From a virus (taxonomy: Duplodnaviria > Caudoviricetes): a stretch of 41,726 nucleotides of DNA. The stretch's first letter is position 1, and every line of letters begins with the position of its first letter. Of the stretch, positions 33,693 through 41,726 are shown in pieces. The position numbers and the translations under genes were made by a program. The notes beneath the pieces were generated by a model. That model saw nothing but the letters and a program-made list of their open reading frames with translations, made no database searches and was not told the origin of the DNA. The stretch spans positions 1 through 41,726 of IMG/VR virus record IMGVR_UViG_3300017747_002533. One strand, written 5' to 3'.

Positions 33693-34510
33693 AGTATGCA
33701 GTGCTATTACTTGCAGCAATTGCTTTAGCTAGTTGCGCAAAGAGAACTGCAACTTCCAGTTCAAAAATAGAAGCACAGGTTGATGCGCCCGAAATTATTA
33801 CAGCGAAACGATTTAATGAGTTGGTGAATTTGCCTCCAGTTGATGGAGACAAAATTCCGATTGCTGTTTATAAGTTTGCTGATATGAGCGGACAGCGTAA
33901 ACCAACACAAAACTATGCGAGCCTGAGTTCGGCAGTGACACAAGGTGGTGAGGTTATTCTCATCAAGGCACTGCAGGATGCAGGTGGTGGTAAATGGTTT
34001 CGACCAGTTGAGCGTGTCGGTCTTGACAATCTTGTTAAAGAGCGTCAGCTAATTCGTAGTCAGCGCGAAGTATACGAGAAAGAAGAAGCAAAGCCACTGA
34101 CACCTCTTATTGTAGCAGGTGTTATGATTGACGGTGGAATTGTTGGTTATGACAGCAATCTTGGCTCTGGTGGTATTGGCGCTCGATATCTCGGTATCGG
34201 TGCTACACAAGAGTATAGAAAAGATGAAGTTACTATTATGCTTAGATTGATCTCGGTTAACACTGGTGAGATTTTACTCTCAACTGGTGCAACCAAAACT
34301 GTTTTCAGTACTGGTATTAGTGCTAACGTATTTAAGTTTGTCGATGCTGGTACGAGATCTGTAGAGTTTGAAGCTGGTAACAGCATCAATGAACCTACAA
34401 CCTATGCTGTACGTATTGCTATTGAGGCAGCAGTCGCTGATATGATCAAAGAAGGAGCTAAACGAAAGCTCTGGAAATTTAAAACATCGGATAAAAAGAA
34501 AGGGAAGTAA
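33686..34510 (+). CDS. csgG: curli secretion channel CsgG-like lipoprotein
   Basis: Lipobox LASC; AVYKF.D.SGQRKP, SSAVTQG, VER.GL.NL.KERQLIR, GGIVGYDSN, GG.GARYLGIG, NEP. Confidence 0.93.
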   Translation: MVKYAVLLLAAIALASCAKRTATSSSKIEAQVDAPEIITAKRFNELVNLPPVDGDKIPIAVYKFADMSGQRKPTQNYASLSSAVTQGGEVILIKALQDAGGGKWFRPVERVGLDNLVKERQLIRSQREVYEKEEAKPLTPLIVAGVMIDGGIVGYDSNLGSGGIGARYLGIGATQEYRKDEVTIMLRLISVNTGEILLSTGATKTVFSTGISANVFKFVDAGTRSVEFEAGNSINEPTTYAVRIAIEAAVADMIKEGAKRKLWKFKTSDKKKGK

Positions 34511-35203
34511 ATGAAACTACTCACCAGAATGATGGCGCTTTTATCATTCTTGGTTATGTTTCAAAATGCTTATGCGGCGAACTCAATTTATATGGATCAA
34601 ATTGGCGACGGTTCGACTATTACAATTACGCAAACAGGTGCAGGCAACGCGATAGGTACTTCTGCTAATAGAAGCACTTTCACAGGCGATAATAATACAG
34701 TAACAATTCAACAGATCGGTAACAACAATGTCACTAACATGACTGTTAATGGCAATGGTGCTACAATCACATCAACTACAACTGGCAGTTCTAATATCAT
34801 TAACTTGGAGTGCGGCGCTAATGGTGGTGCTTGCGGTACATCAACTATTGCTAAAACAGTAACTGGTGATGGTAACCAAGTAACTCAAAACACTGACAGC
34901 TTAACTAATACAACACTGTCTATTACATCAGACAACAACACTGTTAATTTTAACAGTACTGCTTCTAGCATTGCTGGCACCACTAACGTTGTTGACATTG
35001 CTGGTGGTTCGGGAAACATTGTTGATGTTACTCAAGCTGGAACTGGTACAGCATCCACTAGCGTTGGTCATCAAGTTGATTTAACAATTTATGGTGCAAT
35101 GAATGTGGTAGATTTTAGACAAGGTGGAACAGTTGATAGTAAAATCGTTACTGCAATCACTGGTTCTAGCAACGCTGTTACTATTAAGTCCAACCATCAG
35201 TAA
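34511..35203 (+). CDS. curlin-like secreted beta-repeat protein
   Basis: Signal peptide; NSIYMDQIG start; repeated (I/V).Q.G..N units; one Cys pair. Confidence 0.7.
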   Translation: MKLLTRMMALLSFLVMFQNAYAANSIYMDQIGDGSTITITQTGAGNAIGTSANRSTFTGDNNTVTIQQIGNNNVTNMTVNGNGATITSTTTGSSNIINLECGANGGACGTSTIAKTVTGDGNQVTQNTDSLTNTTLSITSDNNTVNFNSTASSIAGTTNVVDIAGGSGNIVDVTQAGTGTASTSVGHQVDLTIYGAMNVVDFRQGGTVDSKIVTAITGSSNAVTIKSNHQ

Positions 35204-36245
35204 AGCTGCGGTCGGAACTGTAACAGAACAAACTGGACCTACTGAAATAAAACGCAAGGCGGAAACGATCCCCAGTCAAACACAGCTGGGGATCGAGATG
35301 CAGGATGTTATTACAACAGCTAACGCCAAAGCTGGTATTACGTTTCGAGACGACACTCGTGTACAAATAACAGAGCATTCTAAGCTAGTTATAGATAACT
35401 TTGTATATGATGGCGAAAAGAAAACTGGTAAGCTCGGTATCAAGATGGCTCTTGGTACTGTCAAATATGCCAGCGGTCAGATCGCAAAGAGCGATCCTCA
35501 ACAAGTAGTTGTTACAACACCAACTGCAACGATCGGTGTTCGTGGTACTGACTTTTCCAGTACAGTTGACGAGCTAGGTCGTTCGCAGATTATTCTTCTT
35601 CCTTCCTGCCCAGCTGGTTGGAAAAACATCGACAAAGATTGTGTCACTGGCAAAATCAGCGTAACGACTGATATGGGAACCATACTGCTGACGAAACCAT
35701 TTGAAGCAGTAACGATTGATACCAGTATGACTCGACCACAGAGTGCTGGTGTGCTTAATTTGGATCTGAATCAAATAAATAACATGCTGATCGTTACTCC
35801 TCCGCCAAAAGTAGTAGCAGACACGAGCAGAAGGGAAGAAAAGAAAGCGTTTAACTTTCTTGACGAAGACTTTTTGAAAAAAGACCATTTGAAATATGAT
35901 GAGTTAGAACGCGATCTTCTTAAGGAGTTTAACAAACTTGATAGAGATTTTCTTAGTACTGATTATCTTTATAATTTTATGGATGTTATTGCCACCCAGT
36001 TATTGAGTAATGAGCTTGAAGAATTCGGACAGCTGCTGCCAAAATATAATCAGGCAAGTGGTTTGAAATACTTTATTGAAAATGAAACGCTAACACTATA
36101 TCGCGAAACAGTCAGCAGTTTTGCTGAAGTAAGTATGCAAACTACAAGGGCAGGAACGCTGAATATTATTCAGGAAGGCGTTACTGTGAAGCAGATGGTT
36201 AATCATGCAGGAACAACATCAATAACAATAAAGCAGAGTAACTGA
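35124..36245 (+). CDS. FecR-domain periplasmic protein
   Basis: Signal peptide; D.I.T.......F.DDT.V...E.S.L.ID.FVYD, G..KY.SG, TPTATIGVRGTDF. Confidence 0.85.
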   Translation: MEQLIVKSLLQSLVLATLLLLSPTISKAAVGTVTEQTGPTEIKRKAETIPSQTQLGIEMQDVITTANAKAGITFRDDTRVQITEHSKLVIDNFVYDGEKKTGKLGIKMALGTVKYASGQIAKSDPQQVVVTTPTATIGVRGTDFSSTVDELGRSQIILLPSCPAGWKNIDKDCVTGKISVTTDMGTILLTKPFEAVTIDTSMTRPQSAGVLNLDLNQINNMLIVTPPPKVVADTSRREEKKAFNFLDEDFLKKDHLKYDELERDLLKEFNKLDRDFLSTDYLYNFMDVIATQLLSNELEEFGQLLPKYNQASGLKYFIENETLTLYRETVSSFAEVSMQTTRAGTLNIIQEGVTVKQMVNHAGTTSITIKQSN

Positions 36246-36246
36246 T

Positions 36247-36549
36247 ATGAGAAAATTAGTGTACACGTTGTTTTTATCGTTTTTCGTAGTTTTCAGCGGT
36301 CGTGCTAATGCACAAACACTTACTACTACATCAACGATGAATATGGCTACAGTAAATATTACAGGCAGCTTTCAAAACATTATAATCAATCAGTCAGGTA
36401 CAGGCTATCATACTGCTACTGTTACAACAAACGGTAACGACATTCCTGTTACGATCAATCAATCTGGTTCGACTAATAAGACGATCGACGTAAACATCAC
36501 ATGCACGTCCGCGTGCGCGAGCAGCCCATACTACGTCGATCAGTACTAA
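36247..36549 (+). CDS. short curlin-like secreted protein
   Basis: Signal peptide; INQSG repeats; C-terminal C...C..PY.V.Q. Confidence 0.6.
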   Translation: MRKLVYTLFLSFFVVFSGRANAQTLTTTSTMNMATVNITGSFQNIIINQSGTGYHTATVTTNGNDIPVTINQSGSTNKTIDVNITCTSACASSPYYVDQY

Positions 36550-38606
36550 TGGAAAAGCTGGGTATTCTTTTAACGAGCAGACTGGCAGCATTTATCGTAG
36601 CAGCTTTGCTGGTGCTTTTCTACGTTTGGAATCCTACGGTTGTACAGGTATTACAACTAAAGACATTTGATTTTCTGATTACATCTTTGGAGCCTAAGAA
36701 GTCCGAAGAAATTATCATAGTAGATTTCGGAGAGCCATCAGTAAAAGAGTTTGGTCAGTATCCATTTGATCGCCGCGATGTAGCAAAAACAATAGATAAA
36801 CTAAAACAAAACGGCGCAGCAGTAATTGCAATGCCAATTCTATTCTCGGAAAAGGATAGGGCAGGAGGCGACAATGAATTGGCAAAAGCTCTTGATAGTG
36901 TTATCATCGCTCAAACACCAACTACTCAAAATATTCCACCAGATGCAGTTCGTCGTGGATTTGCTGCGATCGGTCCTGTTGATCCTGCTAGCTATGTTTA
37001 TCGTTGGAATGGTGGTATACGTCCAATACGTGAGCATGCCGAAGCCGCTGGAGGCGTGGGAGTTGTCGCCACAGTTCCTGAAGTGGATGGTGTGGTGCGT
37101 CGTATCCCTCTACTTGTCAATATTGCTGGGAGTCTCTATCCTTCTTTACCTTTGGAAACGCTTCGAGTCGCTGCGGGAGATCCTAGCTACCAAATTAAAA
37201 CAAGTGAAATTGGAACAGAGTTCGTCCGCATACCAGCTTTCCCGCCGATATCGATCGATGAAAGAGGAAGAATCTGGGCGACTTGGAACACGAGCTTCGA
37301 AAGAATAGAAGCAACGCAAATCGATCAGCGCGTCAACGGTAAGGTTGTTGTTCTAGGTATTGCGATTGAAGGCGTCGGTGGAATTATTGCCACGCCAGTC
37401 GGCGAAAAGTGGGCGCACGATATTCAAGCAGCAACAATTCAGACGATGGTTAATGGCGATTCCGCCAGTCGTTTATCAATAGCCAGATACCTAGAGGTAG
37501 CGCTATTGAGTACCATATTATGTCTGCTAGTGATAATCCTCCCAAAGACATCTGTGAAGTATACCGTTCCTGTCTATTTTACGTTTATAGCTGCAGCAGT
37601 TTACGGTTCTTATTATATGTTCACAGAATATATGCAGCTGTGGGATGCATCATATTTAGTTCTAGCTGGTTCATTTACGTTCGCTCATCTTGTATTCAAT
37701 AACTTTGCTCGTGAGTTTAGATTAAAACAACAGATCAAAAAACAATTCGGTACGTATCTATCGCCAGCGCTGGTTGAAAAACTACAGAAGAATCCAGAGC
37801 TGCTTAAACTCGGAGGAGAGACCCGTGAGCTGTCAATTATGTTTACGGATGTTCGTGGTTTTACTTCTATTTCTGAGCACTATGGCGCTAATGTGCAAGG
37901 TCTTACGGAAATAATGAATCGTTATATGACGGCGATGACTGCTAAGATCCTAGAAAACAACGGGACACTTGATAAGTACATTGGTGATGCGCAGATGGCT
38001 TTCTGGAATGCGCCGCTCGATGACGCTGACCATGCTAAAAATGCAGTTGCTACTGGGCTGGCAATGCTTGGCGACTTAGACAAATTCAATGAAGAGATAG
38101 CGAAAGAAGGAGTGCCAGCATTTGGAATGGGCTTGGGTATTAATACTGGTTCTGTTGTGGTGGGTAATATGGGAAGCAGTCAACGCTTCGACTATACTTG
38201 CTTGGGTGACTCTGTCAATCTTGCTTCGCGACTCGAAGGACAATCAAAACCATACGGCGTTAGAATTATCCTCGGTCAAAGAACGGCAGAACTTGTTAAA
38301 GAATTCTATAATCTCATCGAACTCGATGAAATCGCTGTTAAAGGAAAATCACAAGGAGTAAAGATATACACGGTAGTTGCTGATAAGCAGATCAATCGCG
38401 TATATCGTAAAAGCCATAATGAGTTTCTATTCCACTACCGTCGCCAGCATTGGGACAAGGCGCTGGAATATATCAAAGTATTAGAAAAAGCATTTGATGG
38501 GGATTTAAGTTACTACTACCATATGATGGAGGAACGCATTGACGAATTACGCAACGCCAACCTCGATTATAATTGGGATGGAATTTATCGTGCCACAAGC
38601 AAGTAA
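36549..38606 (+). CDS. CHASE2-domain class III adenylate cyclase
   Basis: TM, CHASE2 (I.IVD....S....GQYP..R, FSE.DR.GGD, DGVVRR.PL), 3 TM, cyclase FTDVRGFT, DKYIGDA.MAFW, DYTCLGDSVNLASRLE; ATG 36549 overlaps the previous stop. Confidence 0.93.
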   Translation: MEKLGILLTSRLAAFIVAALLVLFYVWNPTVVQVLQLKTFDFLITSLEPKKSEEIIIVDFGEPSVKEFGQYPFDRRDVAKTIDKLKQNGAAVIAMPILFSEKDRAGGDNELAKALDSVIIAQTPTTQNIPPDAVRRGFAAIGPVDPASYVYRWNGGIRPIREHAEAAGGVGVVATVPEVDGVVRRIPLLVNIAGSLYPSLPLETLRVAAGDPSYQIKTSEIGTEFVRIPAFPPISIDERGRIWATWNTSFERIEATQIDQRVNGKVVVLGIAIEGVGGIIATPVGEKWAHDIQAATIQTMVNGDSASRLSIARYLEVALLSTILCLLVIILPKTSVKYTVPVYFTFIAAAVYGSYYMFTEYMQLWDASYLVLAGSFTFAHLVFNNFAREFRLKQQIKKQFGTYLSPALVEKLQKNPELLKLGGETRELSIMFTDVRGFTSISEHYGANVQGLTEIMNRYMTAMTAKILENNGTLDKYIGDAQMAFWNAPLDDADHAKNAVATGLAMLGDLDKFNEEIAKEGVPAFGMGLGINTGSVVVGNMGSSQRFDYTCLGDSVNLASRLEGQSKPYGVRIILGQRTAELVKEFYNLIELDEIAVKGKSQGVKIYTVVADKQINRVYRKSHNEFLFHYRRQHWDKALEYIKVLEKAFDGDLSYYYHMMEERIDELRNANLDYNWDGIYRATSK

Positions 38607-38616
38607 AGTGTTATTG

Positions 38617-38958
38617 TTACTTGCTTTTCTTTTCTTCGCTCTTAGCGGGTTCCTGCTGTGGTTCAGATTTGGTCAGCTGGTCATTCTTTCGAAACTCGCT
38701 AGCTTTTGTTAATAAATCATCGTGTTGCATTTCTCGTAGCATAAGAACGATATTTACTTTCTGATTCAAACGAATTAAATCATTATCAAGCATACGAATG
38801 CGGTCGATGAGAGCAATCAATACTTTGTTGGCATCAGAAAGAACGGGTTTGACTTGCTGTGTAGCCCATATCCAAACATAATATATAAGGTAGCCCATAC
38901 CGCCAGCAGCGACGATTGGGAACCCGTACTTAGAGATTAGTTGTGCAATGTCACCCAT
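38617..38958 (-). CDS. small membrane protein (holin-like), paralog A
   Basis: YGFPIVAA TM then LIDRIRMLDNDLIRL coiled coil. Confidence 0.7.
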   Translation of the reverse strand: MGDIAQLISKYGFPIVAAGGMGYLIYYVWIWATQQVKPVLSDANKVLIALIDRIRMLDNDLIRLNQKVNIVLMLREMQHDDLLTKASEFRKNDQLTKSEPQQEPAKSEEKKSK

Positions 38959-39245
38959 TAGTCTCTCCTTGCGTCGTTTTTACCGTCTGCTCTGGCGATA
39001 CGGTCAATATCTGGTTTGACACCCATAGCATTTGAAACTAGAGTATCGATACGAATAACGTCATGGTTCATTGTTTTAACACGATTATCGAGGGCAGTAA
39101 TGATTCCGCTAAGACCTTGCACAGAACTCATCACTCCAGCCAGAATAAATTTCATTGTAAGAAAAACAAAATATCCGCCAGCACACGCAGCAGCTATTGG
39201 AAAACCGACGTCAGCTACTAATTTAAACCAAGAATTTACATCCAT
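38958..39245 (-). CDS. small membrane protein (holin-like), paralog B
   Basis: VGFPIAAA TM then LDNRVKTMNHDVIRI; AAGGAG RBS; ACTAAATA on the minus strand at 39291-39298. Confidence 0.7.
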   Translation of the reverse strand: MDVNSWFKLVADVGFPIAAACAGGYFVFLTMKFILAGVMSSVQGLSGIITALDNRVKTMNHDVIRIDTLVSNAMGVKPDIDRIARADGKNDARRD

Positions 39246-39315
39246 AGCCTAGCTCCTTTTTTTATTGCTTTTTTGAGCGAAACATAGTATTATTTAGTTC
39301 TAACAGGAGAAAAAA

Positions 39316-41607
39316 ATGATTACACAAATCCAAGTAACAAAACGCGATGGTATTCGAGAAAATCTAGATCTGAACAAATTTCATCGTGTGGTAGCTTGGG
39401 CTTGTGAAGGACTCAACAATGTCTCCGAGAGCGAGATCGAAATACGCTCGCACATTCAGTTTTATAATGGAATCAAAACAGGCGATATCCAAGAAACTCT
39501 TATCAAAGCTGCCGCTGACCTGATCAGTGAGGAAACTCCAGCCTATCAATATGTCGCAGGTCGACTCATCAACTATCATCTAAGGAAACAGGTCTATGGA
39601 GATTATAACATTCCTCATCTTCGCGATCATATTCGTTTGGTTATTGAGCAGGGATATTATGACGAGGATATTGAAAAATGGTATTCTCCTGCTGATCTTG
39701 ATACTCTTAATCAGTTTCTTGATCACAAGCGGGATTTTAACATTGCTTACGTGGGCATGGAGCAGTTTCGCGGTAAATATCTAATCAAGAACAGAGCCAC
39801 TGGTCACATCTATGAAACGCCACAGATGGCGTACATGTTGATCGCGATGGTGCTGTTCCGCAACTATCCAAAAGAGACACGACTCAAGTGGGTAAAGGAT
39901 CTATATGATGCGACAAGCAATTTTGAAATTTCGCTGCCGACTCCTATTATGGCAGGTCTCCGCTCGCCTCAAAAGCAATTCAGCTCGTGTGTACTTATCG
40001 AGGCTGATGACTCACTCGATTCAATCAATGCCTCCGCTTCTTCCATCGTTAAGTACGTTTCTCAGAAGGCTGGTATTGGTATTGGTGCTGGGCGTATTCG
40101 TGCTCTCGGCTCTCCTATTCGCAAAGGTGATGCTACGCATACTGGAGTTATTCCCTTCTACAAACTCTTCCAAGCTGCGGTTAAATCTTGCTCGCAGGGA
40201 GGTGTCCGAGGCGGTGCAGCAACTCTATATTATCCTGTCTGGCACCTTGAAGTTGAAGATCTAATTGTTCTCAAGAACAACAAGGGTACTGAAGACAATC
40301 GTATCCGTGGACTTGACTATGGTGTTCAGTTCAACAAGGTAATGTATGAGCGTCTATTGTCTGGTGGTAACATCACTCTGTTTTCGCCAAACGATGTGCC
40401 TGATCTGTATGATGCGTTCTTCACAGACGTTGATAAGTTCAGAGAGCTATATGAGAAGTATGAGCGTTCAACAAAGCTCCGCAAGAAAACAATCCCTGCG
40501 ATTGAGTTGTTTTCTGCTTTCATGCAGGAACGTAAGGACACTGGTCGCATCTATCTGATGAATGTTGACCATGCGAATGATCATGGTTCGTTTATTAAGG
40601 AAGTCGCACCTATTCGCCAGTCAAACCTGTGCTGTGAGATCGATCTGCCAACAAAGCCATTGAATGATATAAATGATCCTGATGGAGAAATTTCTCTTTG
40701 CACACTAGCAGCTGTTAACTGGGGGAAAGTACGTGACCCTTCTGACTTTGAACGTCCTTGTACTCTTGCTGTACGCGCTCTGGACGAGCTGCTTGACTAT
40801 CAAGATTATCCAGTTCTGGCTGCTAGAAAAGGTACTATGGATCGACGTCCTCTTGGTGTCGGTATTATCAATCTTGCATATTGGCTTGCTCGTAATGATC
40901 TTTCTTATCAAAATATAGATCACGATGGATTGAACAAGTTACATTCCTACGCAGAAGCATGGTCATACTATCTGATTAAGGCATCAATTGATCTTGCGAA
41001 AGAAAAAGGTGCGTGTCCTAAGAGTGGAGAAACAAAGTATGGCAAAGGCATTTTCCCTGTTGACACTTACAAACGAGATGTTGATGAATTGGCTACCCCG
41101 CAATACCGTTTTGCATGGGGAGAACTGGCAAACGCAGCAAGAGAGTACGGAATCAGAAACTCTACACTCATGGCGCTTATGCCATCTGAAACATCAGCGC
41201 AGATTAGCAATGCGACGAATGGAATCGAACCTCCAAGGTCACTTGTTTCTGTTAAGCAATCAAAAGATGGCGTCCTTAAACAAGTCGTTCCTGAAGTGCG
41301 AAAACTTAAGAAAAAGTACGATCTTCTTTGGGATCAGAAGAGCCCAGAAGGCTATCTCAAGATCGTTGCTGTCCTCCAAAAGTTTATCGACCAAGGCATC
41401 TCCGTCAACACTTCATACAACCCGAAGTTCTATGAAGAAGAAAAGATCCCTATGAGTGAGATGATCGGTCACCTACTTATGTTCTACAAGTACGGTGGCA
41501 AGCAGTTGTATTATTTTAACACGAATGATGGCGCTGGTGAATATGAAGAGAAGCCATTGCCAGCTTTTGAAAACGCCGAGGATGATTGCGACTCATGCAA
41601 AATTTGA
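39316..41607 (+). CDS. nrdA: ribonucleotide reductase class Ia alpha subunit
   Basis: ATP cone VTKRDG, PTPIMAG, QFSSC, SNLCCEI, LCTL, MPSETS, LYY, C-terminal CDSCKI. Confidence 0.98.
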   Translation: MITQIQVTKRDGIRENLDLNKFHRVVAWACEGLNNVSESEIEIRSHIQFYNGIKTGDIQETLIKAAADLISEETPAYQYVAGRLINYHLRKQVYGDYNIPHLRDHIRLVIEQGYYDEDIEKWYSPADLDTLNQFLDHKRDFNIAYVGMEQFRGKYLIKNRATGHIYETPQMAYMLIAMVLFRNYPKETRLKWVKDLYDATSNFEISLPTPIMAGLRSPQKQFSSCVLIEADDSLDSINASASSIVKYVSQKAGIGIGAGRIRALGSPIRKGDATHTGVIPFYKLFQAAVKSCSQGGVRGGAATLYYPVWHLEVEDLIVLKNNKGTEDNRIRGLDYGVQFNKVMYERLLSGGNITLFSPNDVPDLYDAFFTDVDKFRELYEKYERSTKLRKKTIPAIELFSAFMQERKDTGRIYLMNVDHANDHGSFIKEVAPIRQSNLCCEIDLPTKPLNDINDPDGEISLCTLAAVNWGKVRDPSDFERPCTLAVRALDELLDYQDYPVLAARKGTMDRRPLGVGIINLAYWLARNDLSYQNIDHDGLNKLHSYAEAWSYYLIKASIDLAKEKGACPKSGETKYGKGIFPVDTYKRDVDELATPQYRFAWGELANAAREYGIRNSTLMALMPSETSAQISNATNGIEPPRSLVSVKQSKDGVLKQVVPEVRKLKKKYDLLWDQKSPEGYLKIVAVLQKFIDQGISVNTSYNPKFYEEEKIPMSEMIGHLLMFYKYGGKQLYYFNTNDGAGEYEEKPLPAFENAEDDCDSCKI

Positions 41608-41726
41608 CTTTTACAAAAGGTAAGGCAAACTTAGCCCGTCTCGATAACCCGGCTGTCTTCATCGAGAAAGGTGGAAACGTGACTGTCCTTGCGGACATAC
41701 TAGGTCGGACGTGCAGGAATAGTAAT

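Noticed and set aside
11893-41607. Introns or inteins in gp43, uvsX, gp41, gp61, thyX and nrdA
   Set aside because: All are uninterrupted, of normal length, and show no intein terminal motifs
41595-41726. ORF MQNLTFTKGKANL... running off the window end
   Set aside because: Truncated, does not resemble NrdB, and has no clear RBS, so it cannot be supported

Overview
This 41.7 kb window is from a large T4-like (Tevenvirinae/Kyanoviridae-type) myophage. It encodes gp43 DNA polymerase, UvsX, gp41 helicase, gp61 primase, ThyX and NrdA, and carries T4 late promoters (TATAAATA). The host is probably a Hyphomicrobiales alphaproteobacterium, inferred from an alphaproteobacterial RpoH-type promoter before hsp20, a DUF1127 peptide and an Omp25/RopB-like barrel. 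The left end (1-8.5 kb) is a tRNA array with 11 CCA-encoding tRNAs, three of them atypical: a UAU-anticodon tRNA with a long V-arm, Thr(AGU), and Leu(UAG) without a V-arm. The array also holds a tRNA-like RNA with two insertions, several highly structured spacers, two 2OG-Fe(II) oxygenases, an autotransporter-like protein and an outer-membrane barrel. Next come scattered lysis genes (spanins, GH19 endolysin), Hsp20, the replication core, a stand-alone late ncRNA candidate and a late block of probable capsid-internal proteins. That block includes a HAD phosphatase beside a protein fusing an RNA-ligase-like domain to an HxGH nucleotidyltransferase. The most striking unit is a late operon, csgF-csgG-curlin-like-FecR-curlin-like-CHASE2 adenylate cyclase (33.2-38.6 kb), which converges on two paralogous holin-like membrane genes and looks like a phage-encoded trans-envelope signalling system. 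All calls come from reading motifs by eye. No searches or folding programs were run.
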